From the NCBI GenBank assembly GCA_964548365.1, contig CAZJRD010000011.1, positions 4,425-68,424 of the forward strand: 64,000 nucleotides of DNA, read 5' to 3'. The translations under genes and the position numbers were made by a program. This stretch comes from an uncultured Desulfobacteraceae bacterium (lineage in GTDB: Bacteria > Desulfobacterota > DSM-4660 > Desulfatiglandales > Desulfatiglandaceae). Shown piece after piece: positions 17,142 to 26,023 of the stretch. Numbering within the stretch: position 1 is the stretch's first letter; each line of letters begins with the position of its first letter. The notes beneath the pieces are model-generated. The model was given only the letters and a program-made list of their open reading frames with translations, had not been told where the DNA came from and did not search any database.

Positions 17142-18296
17142 ATGAAGACGGAAAACAGTACAGGGCAACCGGAAGATTCCGACTACACCTTGATGCCGAC
17201 CGGTGAGGGAACATTGAGTCTTCACCTTTCAGGATGCATGGACTATCGCTGTGCCGGGTTCATGTTCAAACGACTATTAGCTGACGTAGAAAAACACCAT
17301 CCATCGTTCCTGTCAATCGATCTTTCCGGAGTTGCCACCATGGAGGATTTTGGTATCGCGGTGATCTTTGCACTAAAAAGGATGATGAGCACATGGGATG
17401 GTCATATCGAAATAACAGGAGCAGATAGTCAGGCAAAAGAATTGCTGGAGATGCTCCCTTCGGAACACTTTGATGACAGCGCTTCATTCTTCAAACAGGA
17501 ACCCCTAGGTCTTGTTGTCCGGCTCGGAGGGGCGTCAATAAAGGCGGCGAATGATGTCAAATTCATGGTATCCTTCGCAGGGTCATTGTTCCTGGCATGC
17601 ATGCACGCTTTCAGGCACCCCGGAAGGCTTCGATGGGGCGATATGATCTCCTCCATGGAAAGGGTGGGCGTGGACGCCGTCCCGATCATAGCCCTGATCA
17701 GTTTTCTCATGGGCCTCATCATGGCTTTCATGTCTTCCGTGCAATTGCGGGAATTCGGCGCCAATATCTATGTGGCCTCCCTGGTGGCCCTCGCCATGGT
17801 GAGGGAGTTGGGTCCCATCATCACGGGCATCATCGTCGCAGGCAGATCCGGGTCCGCCTTTGCGGCAGAGATCGCCACCATGGAGATTTCAGAAGAGGTT
17901 GACGCCCTTCACGTTATGGGCATGAATCCGATCCTGTTTCTGGCATTCCCGAAACTCATTGCCAGCGTCATTGTCTTACCCATACTCACGTTGCTGTCCG
18001 ATCTCTTCGCCATCGCCGGGGGCCTGCTTGTCGGCGTCTCCATGCTGAACCTGACCCTGAGCGCTTACGTGGACCAGACGCTTCGGGCTGTTACGCTCTA
18101 TGATGTGGGATGGGGATTTATCAAGAGCGCTGTCTTTGCCGCCTTGATCTCCTGGATCGGATGCATAAGGGGATTTCAGGCCCATGGCGGGGCTGAAGCA
18201 GTAGGAACGGCGACCACTTCCTCCGTGGTGACCAGCATATTTCTTATCATTTTGGCCGACTCGATTTTCGCGATCATCCGCACGTACTGGGGGTAA
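17142..18296 (+). CDS. mlaE: MlaE-family ABC permease with fused N-terminal STAS-like domain
   Basis: About 110-aa STAS-like N-terminus, then the MlaE core (VALAMVRELGPIITGIIVAGRSGSAFAAEIATM). ATG at 17142, after the hairpin element. Confidence 0.85.
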   Translation: MKTENSTGQPEDSDYTLMPTGEGTLSLHLSGCMDYRCAGFMFKRLLADVEKHHPSFLSIDLSGVATMEDFGIAVIFALKRMMSTWDGHIEITGADSQAKELLEMLPSEHFDDSASFFKQEPLGLVVRLGGASIKAANDVKFMVSFAGSLFLACMHAFRHPGRLRWGDMISSMERVGVDAVPIIALISFLMGLIMAFMSSVQLREFGANIYVASLVALAMVRELGPIITGIIVAGRSGSAFAAEIATMEISEEVDALHVMGMNPILFLAFPKLIASVIVLPILTLLSDLFAIAGGLLVGVSMLNLTLSAYVDQTLRAVTLYDVGWGFIKSAVFAALISWIGCIRGFQAHGGAEAVGTATTSSVVTSIFLIILADSIFAIIRTYWG

Positions 18297-18303
18297 CCAT
18301 CAT

Positions 18304-19077
18304 ATGGGAACAAAGGCGATCATCCAGGTACGGGATCTGCAGGCAAAGTATGGAGACAAGCTCATCCTGGACAGGATTCATTTTAATGTCTATGAAAGAG
18401 AAATCCTGGCAATCCTGGGGGAAACCGGGTGTGGGAAGAGCACCCTGATGAAAAACATGATCGGGTTGGTGGAACCCACCCGGGGAGAAGTCATCATTGA
18501 CGGTGACAGGATAACAGGAGCGGGCGATGAAACCTATGGACGGATCCTGCGAAAAATGGGGGTCCTTTTCCAAAACAATGCCCTTTTGAGTTCCCTGACC
18601 CTGGCCGAAAACGTGGCCTTGCCCATGCAGGAATATACCGAATTACCCAAGCAGGCAGTGAATGCGCTGGTGAGATTCAAGCTGGGTATGATGAAACTGG
18701 ATGGGTATGAGCATTTTTTCCCATCCGAACTGAGCGGCGGAATGAAAAAACGTGCGGCACTGGCAAGGGCCATGGCCTTGAACCCAAGGATTCTTTTTTT
18801 CGATGAACCTTCGGCGGGGCTCGACCCCATATCTTCTGCGGAGCTGGATTTTCTCATTGATTACCTGAACAGGACATTTGGAACAACCATGGTCCTCGTA
18901 ACGCACGAATTACAGAGCATTCTAAGAGTGGCCCACCGGGTAATCATGCTGGATAAGCAGACCAAGGGAATCATCGCCGAGGGGGATCCCCATGATCTGA
19001 AGGCGCACAGCCAGGATCCCTTTGTGAGGCGGTTTTTCAACAGGTGGACCGAGGCCGATGCACAGAGGCACAGGTGA
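18304..19077 (+). CDS. mlaF: MlaF-like ABC transporter ATP-binding protein
   Basis: Walker A GETGCGKST, signature LSGGMKKR, Walker B ILFFDEP. Confidence 0.9.
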   Translation: MGTKAIIQVRDLQAKYGDKLILDRIHFNVYEREILAILGETGCGKSTLMKNMIGLVEPTRGEVIIDGDRITGAGDETYGRILRKMGVLFQNNALLSSLTLAENVALPMQEYTELPKQAVNALVRFKLGMMKLDGYEHFFPSELSGGMKKRAALARAMALNPRILFFDEPSAGLDPISSAELDFLIDYLNRTFGTTMVLVTHELQSILRVAHRVIMLDKQTKGIIAEGDPHDLKAHSQDPFVRRFFNRWTEADAQRHR

Positions 19078-19079
19078 CC

Positions 19080-20093
19080 ATGACTACGAAGCGGACAAAA
19101 TTTGCGGTAGGACTTTTCGTCCTGGGCGGAACCATCCTCACAGCCGCGCTTCTCATTTTTCTCGGGGCAACGCACCTCTTCCAAAAGGGACTGTATTATG
19201 CCGCCTATTTTGATGAATCGGTGCAGGGCCTCATGAAGGACTCACCGGTGAAATACAGGGGTGTGCCCATCGGTCGCGTGGAAAGTATCAGCGTGGCACC
19301 GGACGGGAAGTTGATCCGGGTGGTCCTGAAAATCGAATCAGCTCAGAAACTGGATCAACGCATCGTTGCCCAGTTGAAGGCCGTGGGTATCACGGGGTCC
19401 GTGTTTGTGGAACTGGAACGGAGAGCGAATGGGGAACCCGATCAATCCCCAAAAATCAACTTCCCGACGCGGTATCCGGTGCTCGCTTCCAAGCCCTCCG
19501 AAATCAGCAATCTGATGAGCGGTTTTTTAGATGTACTGCGCCAAATCCAGGCCTCGGACCTCGAAGGGATCTCCAGCAGGATGAAGCACGCCCTGAAAAC
19601 CTTCAACCAGAAAATGGCTGACCTGGACCTCAAGAACCTTTCCAATAAAATGGACAGCGTGCTGGACCATGTGGACGCCCTGACAGCACCAAAAAAATGG
19701 GATGCCCTCATTCAGTCTTTTCAGGCATCTGCCGGGGCGCTGGAACAGACCATGAACCAGGCCGGCAAACTGGTCAAACGGATAGCCCTTCTCACAGACC
19801 AGACAAACTTGATCCTGGCAGAAAACAGGAACCAGATCAAAACAGCGCTCTTCAATTTCCGGAGGTCCATGGAAAAGGCGGATAAACTCATGGGGAACAC
19901 GGACGCATTGATTCTAAAGACTGATTTGCGAACCCAGGATGTTTTCCAGCGTGTCCAGGCAACGGCCCACAATCTGGAACGGGCCAGCGAGGAACTGCAA
20001 CAACTCCTTGATCTGATTTCCGCCCAACCTTCGCTTCTGCTCTTTGGGACCCCTCCCCGTCCCAAGCCCCCTATGCATGAGAATAGCCAATGA
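19080..20093 (+). CDS. mlaD: MlaD-like MCE-domain protein
   Basis: N-terminal TM helix, MCE core (VKYRGVPIGRVESI), long helical C-terminus. ATG lies 3 nt after the mlaF stop. Confidence 0.85.
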   Translation: MTTKRTKFAVGLFVLGGTILTAALLIFLGATHLFQKGLYYAAYFDESVQGLMKDSPVKYRGVPIGRVESISVAPDGKLIRVVLKIESAQKLDQRIVAQLKAVGITGSVFVELERRANGEPDQSPKINFPTRYPVLASKPSEISNLMSGFLDVLRQIQASDLEGISSRMKHALKTFNQKMADLDLKNLSNKMDSVLDHVDALTAPKKWDALIQSFQASAGALEQTMNQAGKLVKRIALLTDQTNLILAENRNQIKTALFNFRRSMEKADKLMGNTDALILKTDLRTQDVFQRVQATAHNLERASEELQQLLDLISAQPSLLLFGTPPRPKPPMHENSQ

Positions 20094-20131
20094 ATACTTC
20101 AGGGAAAAGAGGCCTCGTATCACTGAAGCAA

Positions 20132-20770
20132 ATGGCGAAGAGCTTTTGGCTGATAATCGCTCTCATAGCACTTCTGTGCCTGGGGGGATGCTTGAACCTC
20201 AAACGGAAAACCCCCGCATTTTATTACTACACCCTGGAATATGCCGCTCCCCAAATTCCAGATCTCAATCCCCTGAACGCTGACATTTATGTTGAGCGGT
20301 TTGTTGCGGTCCCTCCCTTTGATACGGATCGCATGATTTACCGCCGTAGAAAATTCGGGAGGCATGCGTATCTCTATCACCGCTGGCAAACGAGGCCGGC
20401 TGGAACGGCCTCGTTCCTCCTGGCAAGGGATCTGAGAGAATCCCATGCTTTTCATCGGATATACCGGGAGTACCTTCCACCAGCCGGTGCGTACAGACTG
20501 AAGGGCGTGGTTGAAGATTTCCTGGGGTGGGACTCCCCTGACCACAGGGAGGCCGTTCTCCGTCTGAGAATCATCCTCTCCAAGGGCAATGGATCAGACG
20601 AAAAGGAAACCACTCTTTTTGAAAAAACCTACCTTGCTCGCAGAAGTACGAAAAGTGAGGACCCAAGGGGCCTGGCCCGGGCCATGAGCCAGGCCTTGAA
20701 AGAGGTATCCGCCAGGCTCATAAAGGATATCCACCGTGTCATCGAGAGACAAAACCTATCTGGTCAATAG
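20132..20770 (+). CDS. ABC-transport auxiliary lipoprotein (Mla/Pqi-associated type)
   Basis: Lipobox LCLGGC. Size and position after the MCE gene. An alternative upstream ATG is at 20090. Confidence 0.65.
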   Translation: MAKSFWLIIALIALLCLGGCLNLKRKTPAFYYYTLEYAAPQIPDLNPLNADIYVERFVAVPPFDTDRMIYRRRKFGRHAYLYHRWQTRPAGTASFLLARDLRESHAFHRIYREYLPPAGAYRLKGVVEDFLGWDSPDHREAVLRLRIILSKGNGSDEKETTLFEKTYLARRSTKSEDPRGLARAMSQALKEVSARLIKDIHRVIERQNLSGQ

Positions 20771-20849
20771 ATAGAGGGTAACTACACAGGTTCAAAGTCC
20801 CCAGGTTCACGGTTCAGGGTTGATGAAAGTCTTCTGCTCCATCAACACA

Positions 20850-21140
20850 TCAAGAAAGTTTGCTGTCCCGCGGAGCAAGCTGCTCTGCATGGTTCCCGGT
20901 GAAAAAGAGCGGGAGGCACTTCCCGTCCAGCGTTTCAAGATTGTCCTCCAGGACCATGCGGGCCGAAGGATGAACACTGCTCAGGTTGCTCGTATGGATA
21001 AATGCTCTTGTGGCCCACCGGCAGTTTTTCTTCAGCACCTCCAGCAGTTCATGTGCAGACAAGCCGTTGATATCGCCCTCCAGCCTCAGGTGCACACTAT
21101 CGCAACTCGGATGGACATGAATACGAAAAGTCGAACCCAT
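20850..21140 (-). CDS. Small STAS-like protein (hypothetical)
   Basis: 96 aa from an ATG with SD ggaggaggg. The beta-alpha pattern (FRIHVH, VHLRLEGDINGLSAHELLEVL, IHTSNLSSVHPSA) resembles the anti-sigma-antagonist fold. Follows the receiver gene. Confidence 0.5.
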   Translation of the reverse strand: MGSTFRIHVHPSCDSVHLRLEGDINGLSAHELLEVLKKNCRWATRAFIHTSNLSSVHPSARMVLEDNLETLDGKCLPLFFTGNHAEQLAPRDSKLS

Positions 21141-21183
21141 TTTATCCCTCCTCCGAGACTGCCTAGCATAAGACACGCTTCAC

Positions 21184-21612
21184 TCACCCATGAATAGCTT
21201 CTCCTGGAGCAGGTCTAGCTGAATTTTCCGGGGCGTGCACCATTCGCTTTAACGAAGCCTCAAGAGCACTGGAAGTGAAAGGCTTTCGTATAAAATCGCG
21301 GATACCTATCCCCCGAGCCCTGGTAATAACATCTTCGTTTCCATACGCGGTCACCAGGATCCTCTTTGCCTTTGGGCAAATCCCTCGAATTAACCGAAGA
21401 AATTCCAGCCCGTCCATGCCTGACAGCCGATAATCCGTTATGACAATATCGAATTCCTGCCCCTTTACGGCCTCCATCCCTTCCTCTGCGGTCTCCAGGG
21501 CAAGAATATGGCATCCCTCTTCCTCGAAGTATAACCCCAGTGAATGCCTGATCCACTCATCATCATCGACGAGTAATACTCTTAAATTTTTCAACTCAGA
21601 GAAAAAGTCCAT
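21184..21612 (-). CDS. Stand-alone response-regulator receiver protein
   Basis: VLLVDDD, phospho-acceptor context VITDYRLSGMDG, conserved Lys in IRKPF. Start moved to ATG 21612 because a sigma54 promoter lies inside the longer ORF. Confidence 0.85.
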   Translation of the reverse strand: MDFFSELKNLRVLLVDDDEWIRHSLGLYFEEEGCHILALETAEEGMEAVKGQEFDIVITDYRLSGMDGLEFLRLIRGICPKAKRILVTAYGNEDVITRARGIGIRDFIRKPFTSSALEASLKRMVHAPENSARPAPGEAIHG

Positions 21613-21828
21613 CTCGCTGGTTTCTGGTAAGGTGGAATCTGCAATCTCAGTTAATTTTTTCAAACAACTCCCTACCAAACTTGATTTAGCATAAAATATG
21701 CCACCTTCATTTCGGAGGCTAATAACCATAAATACAAGGAGTTATATGAGCTGAGCTGACAGACAGGGCGGGTTAGAGGAGAGGAATTTCGAGAAATTCC
21801 AAAACGTCTTTTCCCAAAATTGAGAAAC
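21548..21828 (-). repeat. Promoter plus receiver-5'-end module, copy A (direct repeat of 37924-38192)
   Basis: Collinear similarity to 37924-38192. It covers the first 21 receiver codons, the -24/-12 promoter, tandem GAGAAATTC-type decamers, and CTTTTCCCAAAATTGAGAAA. Confidence 0.85.
21688..21703 (-). promoter_or_regulatory. Sigma54 -24/-12 promoter (receiver operon)
   Basis: Minus strand TGGCATATTTTATGCT, with GG and GC at the consensus spacing of TGGCAC-N5-TTGCW. About 65-nt leader to the ATG at 21612. Confidence 0.7.
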
Positions 21829-21898
21829 TGCGCGTAACTTGTGAAAATACCCACTTTTTGAGACAAACACTATCAAATCCTAGCCGCCATTGAACACC

Positions 21899-23140
21899 TC
21901 ACCGCTCTTCGGCTGATTGCAGAATGGCATGCAGCAGGGTGTTTGCGCCGGCTTCACAATCCTCCCAACTGGTGTTTTCCACCTCAACATGGCTGCGTCC
22001 CCCAATGCTCGGAACAAAAATCATGGCGGTGGGGCAGACCTGGTTCATATAGCTTGCATCGTGCCCGGCACCGCTAACCATGTGTAGATTGGGGTAGCCC
22101 AACTGGTCGGCGGTATCCAGGATGCGCTCGACCAGTTTTTCATCAAAGGGTGAATGCTGGACTTTCCAGGTTTCTTCCATGGTTATTGGACAGCCCCTTC
22201 GTGCCGCAATCCCTTCAAAATCCTCGCGTAACACTTCCCACGCCTTCAGGGCATGATCGTCATCCCAGGAGCGAATATCCACGGTGAAGTGCACTTTGTC
22301 AGGAATGATGTTCCTGGAGTTTGGATAGTTCTCTATTTCCCCAACCGTTGCTACTAGATTGCCTCCCATATGTTCCGGGAGTTCATTGACCTTCAGAATC
22401 ATTTCCGCTGCAGCGCACAGGGCATCATGCCGTCCTTCCATGGGCGTCGGCCCCACCTGGTTTGCCTCCCCCTTCAGATTGACATCATACCAGTGCAGAC
22501 AGACGATTCCTTTTGGCGCCCCTATGACTCTTCCTTCCGTTTCCAGGATTGGGCCCTGTTCGATGTGATATTCATAGTAACAGTGAACCGGCCATTTTTC
22601 ACACTTTGCCTCTTCCTTGTAACCGATACGGATCAATTCCCCTTCAAACCTTCTGCCGTCTATATCGGTTCTACTATAGACCCAGTCTCTCTGCAGAGCG
22701 CCCGTCCAGACGCCCGATCCCACCATGGCCGGAGAAAACCGGGAGCCCTCTTCGTTCGTCCAGTCCACAATAACGATTGGACGTTCGGTCACAACCTGGT
22801 TTTCATGCAAGGTTCTCAATACTTCAAGGGTACCCATGACCCCGAGGATGCCGTCGAACCGACCGCCGCTCGGCTGAGAATCCATGTGCGACCCGCTCAT
22901 GACCGGAGATAGGCTGTTGTTTCTGCCTGGTCGACTACCAAAGATATTTCCCATCTCATCTATGGTCACATGGAGTTCCAGGTCATTGAGCCAGGTAATA
23001 AGAAGATCCCTGGCCTCCTTGTCCTCGTCGGATAGGGCCAATCTGTGCACCCCCTCGCCCGGGGTTGCCCCGATTTTTGCCATGCGTTCCAGGCTTTCCC
23101 GGAGCCTTTTGCCGTTGACTCTCAACTCCTTGATTTGCAA
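21899..23140 (-). CDS. N-carbamoyl-amino-acid / allantoate-type amidohydrolase (M20 family, AmaB-like)
   Basis: GSHMDSQPSGGRFDG metal-ligand motif and family-typical N-terminus (RLRESLERMAKIG). TTG 23140 with SD gggaga is preferred over the ORF-track TTG 23242, which overlaps the thiolase gene. Confidence 0.8.
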   Translation of the reverse strand: MQIKELRVNGKRLRESLERMAKIGATPGEGVHRLALSDEDKEARDLLITWLNDLELHVTIDEMGNIFGSRPGRNNSLSPVMSGSHMDSQPSGGRFDGILGVMGTLEVLRTLHENQVVTERPIVIVDWTNEEGSRFSPAMVGSGVWTGALQRDWVYSRTDIDGRRFEGELIRIGYKEEAKCEKWPVHCYYEYHIEQGPILETEGRVIGAPKGIVCLHWYDVNLKGEANQVGPTPMEGRHDALCAAAEMILKVNELPEHMGGNLVATVGEIENYPNSRNIIPDKVHFTVDIRSWDDDHALKAWEVLREDFEGIAARRGCPITMEETWKVQHSPFDEKLVERILDTADQLGYPNLHMVSGAGHDASYMNQVCPTAMIFVPSIGGRSHVEVENTSWEDCEAGANTLLHAILQSAEER

Positions 23141-23178
23141 TCTATTTCTCCCTGTGGCAGATTCTCCGAAATTGGGGC

Positions 23179-24381
23179 TCAGGAGCACCACTCGATAATC
23201 GTCGCGACGCCCTGCCCCCCTCCGACGCAGGCTGCTGCACAACCATAACGGCCATTTTTTTCCTCAAGGATCCGGGCAAGCGTCCCGACTAACCTGATCC
23301 CGGTGGCGCCCATGGGATGACCGATGGCGATTCCACCTCCTTTGATATTGACCCTTTCCGGATCAATCCCCAATTCCTCAATACAGTTCAGCACGACCAC
23401 GCTGAAGGCCTCGTTGATCTCCCAAAAATCCATGTCCTTGACCTGAACATTTCCCTTTTCCAGTGCCATCTGAATAGCCGGAACCGGTCCTGCTCCCATG
23501 ATAGTCGGGTCCACCCCGGCAAACCCGATGGACCGAATGGCAGCAAGAGGTCTGATCCCCTTGCTCTCGGCTGTCTTTCGGGACATGAGTACCATGGCGC
23601 CGGCACCAGCATTGAGAGGAGACGAGTTTCCCGCCGTGATGACCCCATCCTCAAGGAACACGGGCTTCAGTCTTGCCATATCATCCATTGAAACCCTCTC
23701 ACGGACCGCCTGGTCGCGATCCACCGTCATCATAGTCCCATTAGCCTGCTCGGCCTCAATGGGGAGTATCTCACCTTCAAAAAAACCTTCCTTCCTTGCC
23801 CTGGAGGCCAGTTGATGGGAACGTATTCCCCATCTGTCAAAATCCTCACGCGAAAAAGAAGTTTGGGAAGCAAGTTTTTCAGCCGTGAGCCCCATATTCA
23901 TCGTCACTTCCATATCCCAGTGGTTGTAACTGGTTTCCGAATACAGGCGTGGATTGAGCGAGATAACCTCCTTCTCAAACAAGGTGGGTCCCATGGGGAC
24001 ACGCGTCATATGCTCCATCCCGCATGCCAGCACAATGTCAGCGAACCCGGTGGCAATCTCCATGAATCCCACGTGAACAGCCGCCATGCTGGACCCGCAC
24101 TGCTGGTCAAAGAATTTGGCGGGTGTCTTCTCCGAGAGATTGGCCAGGAACAGGGGCGTTCTTCCCCCATAGGTCCACTGCTCACTCACGCCCATTGCAG
24201 AGCCCACGAGGAAATCGTTGATTTCATCAGGATAGATTTCCACCCTGCCGAGGAGTTCCGGTATGAGCCTCCCGAGCAGATCATCGGCCCTCAATTTGTG
24301 AAACCAGTCCTTGGCCGGATCACCCGGCTTGGATTTCGACTGGGCTGTCCTCAAATAGCCCGCGATGACAACTTCATTCAT
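23179..24381 (-). CDS. Acetyl-CoA C-acetyltransferase (thiolase)
   Basis: 400 aa. Nucleophile Cys context QQCGSSM, C-terminal GCAAACVGGGQG. SD ggaggag. Confidence 0.9.
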   Translation of the reverse strand: MNEVVIAGYLRTAQSKSKPGDPAKDWFHKLRADDLLGRLIPELLGRVEIYPDEINDFLVGSAMGVSEQWTYGGRTPLFLANLSEKTPAKFFDQQCGSSMAAVHVGFMEIATGFADIVLACGMEHMTRVPMGPTLFEKEVISLNPRLYSETSYNHWDMEVTMNMGLTAEKLASQTSFSREDFDRWGIRSHQLASRARKEGFFEGEILPIEAEQANGTMMTVDRDQAVRERVSMDDMARLKPVFLEDGVITAGNSSPLNAGAGAMVLMSRKTAESKGIRPLAAIRSIGFAGVDPTIMGAGPVPAIQMALEKGNVQVKDMDFWEINEAFSVVVLNCIEELGIDPERVNIKGGGIAIGHPMGATGIRLVGTLARILEEKNGRYGCAAACVGGGQGVATIIEWCS

Positions 24382-24423
24382 TTTTCTTTCTCCTCCATTC
24401 CGTTGAACGGCCAGGAAGTTATC

Positions 24424-25698
24424 CTATTCCACAAGGCCACACCAGCGCGATATGAAGAGGGCATATGCTTTCGCAACATGGACGATGCTCTCAATATTGA
24501 CCCGCTCGTTTGCCGCATGGATGTTTTCGGCCACCGGTCCGTAGCAGGTGGCTTGGCCGGACCCGAACAGGGTGAAGACCCTGAGATCCGTCGTACAAGT
24601 GGCGATATATTCCCTCGCATCCTCCCCTGTGAGCGCCCTGTGGCATGCATTCAGGGCAGAAAAAGCAGGGAGGTCAAGAGCCAGGCTGTGACCCTCGGAC
24701 CGGAATCCATAAAAATCGATCAGGGGCGGGTTCTCTGAAAGCCAGGGGTCTCTTTTCGCGGCGTTCTCTACGGTCTCGATAATGCGCGCACAAATTTGCT
24801 CATAGGAGACGCCCGGGAAAAAAGAAAGCCTGCCATGGAATTCGGCGGTGGCCGGAACGGTGGAGGGCCAGTCACCCCCTTTGAAGATCCCGATATTCAG
24901 GTTCAGGGGATGCACCATGTCTTGATACTCGGGTGGGACATCAGAGAGGTTGAGTTCCGCTTCCAGTTGTCGCAGCGCATCGATAACATGATAACTTTTT
25001 TCAATGGCATTGGTACCCGATCGCGCGGACTGCACGTGAACCGGGACACCCCGGACGGAGACCTTGAACCAGAGGACCCCCAACTGGGCGGTGAGAATGG
25101 TAGGCCCGAAGGGTTCCGGGATCAGTACAGCCTCGGCGTCGTATCCGGCTTCCAGGCACGCCAGGGCCCCGTTCCCGCAGCATTCCTCTTCTATCACCGC
25201 TTCAATGCTTACAGGTGCTTTCAATCCGAATCCCGCCTTTTCCACGGCGTGGACTGCATAGGTCATGGCCGCAACACCTGATTTCATATCCCCTGATCCG
25301 CGGCCATACAGCCAGCCGTTATTGACTATCGGGTCAAAAGGATCGTCACTCCAGAATTCCAGGGGTTCAGGGCTCACCACATCCAGGTGTCCGTTGAAAA
25401 GAAGACTATGTCCTCCCTCCGCATCCGCTTCCCGGACCGCCACCACGTTCTTGCGGCCTTCATATCCCCAAGGCACCGGTGCAAATCCCGGATGTCCCGC
25501 AAGCGTTGCCGGGACAATGGGAACGGTGACCGGTTGAAAGGAAAGCCTTTTGAATTCTTCCTCTGCCACCTTTACGGCCGATGCCTCGTTCCCGAGGGTG
25601 CTGGGTTCCCGTACCAGCCTACAGGCGTAGTCGAGCAGGTCGTCAGACAGGTGATCTACTGTCTCTATCAGCTTTTTTTCCTGTTTATTCTCCAGCAT
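24424..25698 (-). CDS. M20 peptidase, ArgE/DapE-type deacylase
   Basis: 424 aa. HLDVVS, GRGSGDMKSG, EEECCGNG motifs. Confidence 0.85.
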   Translation of the reverse strand: MLENKQEKKLIETVDHLSDDLLDYACRLVREPSTLGNEASAVKVAEEEFKRLSFQPVTVPIVPATLAGHPGFAPVPWGYEGRKNVVAVREADAEGGHSLLFNGHLDVVSPEPLEFWSDDPFDPIVNNGWLYGRGSGDMKSGVAAMTYAVHAVEKAGFGLKAPVSIEAVIEEECCGNGALACLEAGYDAEAVLIPEPFGPTILTAQLGVLWFKVSVRGVPVHVQSARSGTNAIEKSYHVIDALRQLEAELNLSDVPPEYQDMVHPLNLNIGIFKGGDWPSTVPATAEFHGRLSFFPGVSYEQICARIIETVENAAKRDPWLSENPPLIDFYGFRSEGHSLALDLPAFSALNACHRALTGEDAREYIATCTTDLRVFTLFGSGQATCYGPVAENIHAANERVNIESIVHVAKAYALFISRWCGLVE

Positions 25699-25718
25699 AC
25701 GCTGTCTCTCCCTTCGGA

Positions 25719-26017
25719 CTGAATCTCCCGCCCTCCTATGTGCTACCGCCCAGGGAGGAAGCCTTTTCTTAAGTGACTGGTGAGAGGGTGCCGTCTTTTC
25801 GTGACTTACCAGTGGGGGAACCCGCAGCTCGACGAAGTCGAGAATGCGGAGGGGGTATAGCTATCCCACGCTGGTAAGTCGCAGAAAAGACCAGCCCGGA
25901 GCCTCGAAACGCTAGAAAAGGCTCCCTTCTTGGGCGTCAACCTTCAACTGATCTCACTATTCCAGATCCCGGATGACAGAGGCTGTCCGGGTCCGCCGCC
26001 AGAGGTGGGGGATTCAG
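25719..26017 (+). ncRNA. Unclassified structured repeat element, copy 2
   Basis: Homolog of 12203-12466 with compensatory helix changes. It fills the whole gap between the CoA-transferase B stop and the M20 peptidase start. Confidence 0.45.
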
Positions 26018-26023
26018 TTATAC

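Noticed and set aside
20789-20823. Four GGTTCA/GGTTGA hexamers within 35 nt, in the convergent gap between the Mla lipoprotein gene and the STAS-like gene.
   Set aside because: Too short and irregularly spaced (15, 7 and 7 nt) to call a binding site or repeat family without genome-wide context.
23812-24738. 308-aa plus-strand ORF, and similar long ORFs at 55895-56809, 54044-54913, 41135-42052, 11311-12099, 32672-33490, 13373-14086 and 3982-4692.
   Set aside because: Each lies antisense to a minus-strand gene with clear family motifs. Their composition is low-complexity and Arg/Gly/Pro/His-rich, with no recognisable domains or SD sites. They are typical shadow ORFs.
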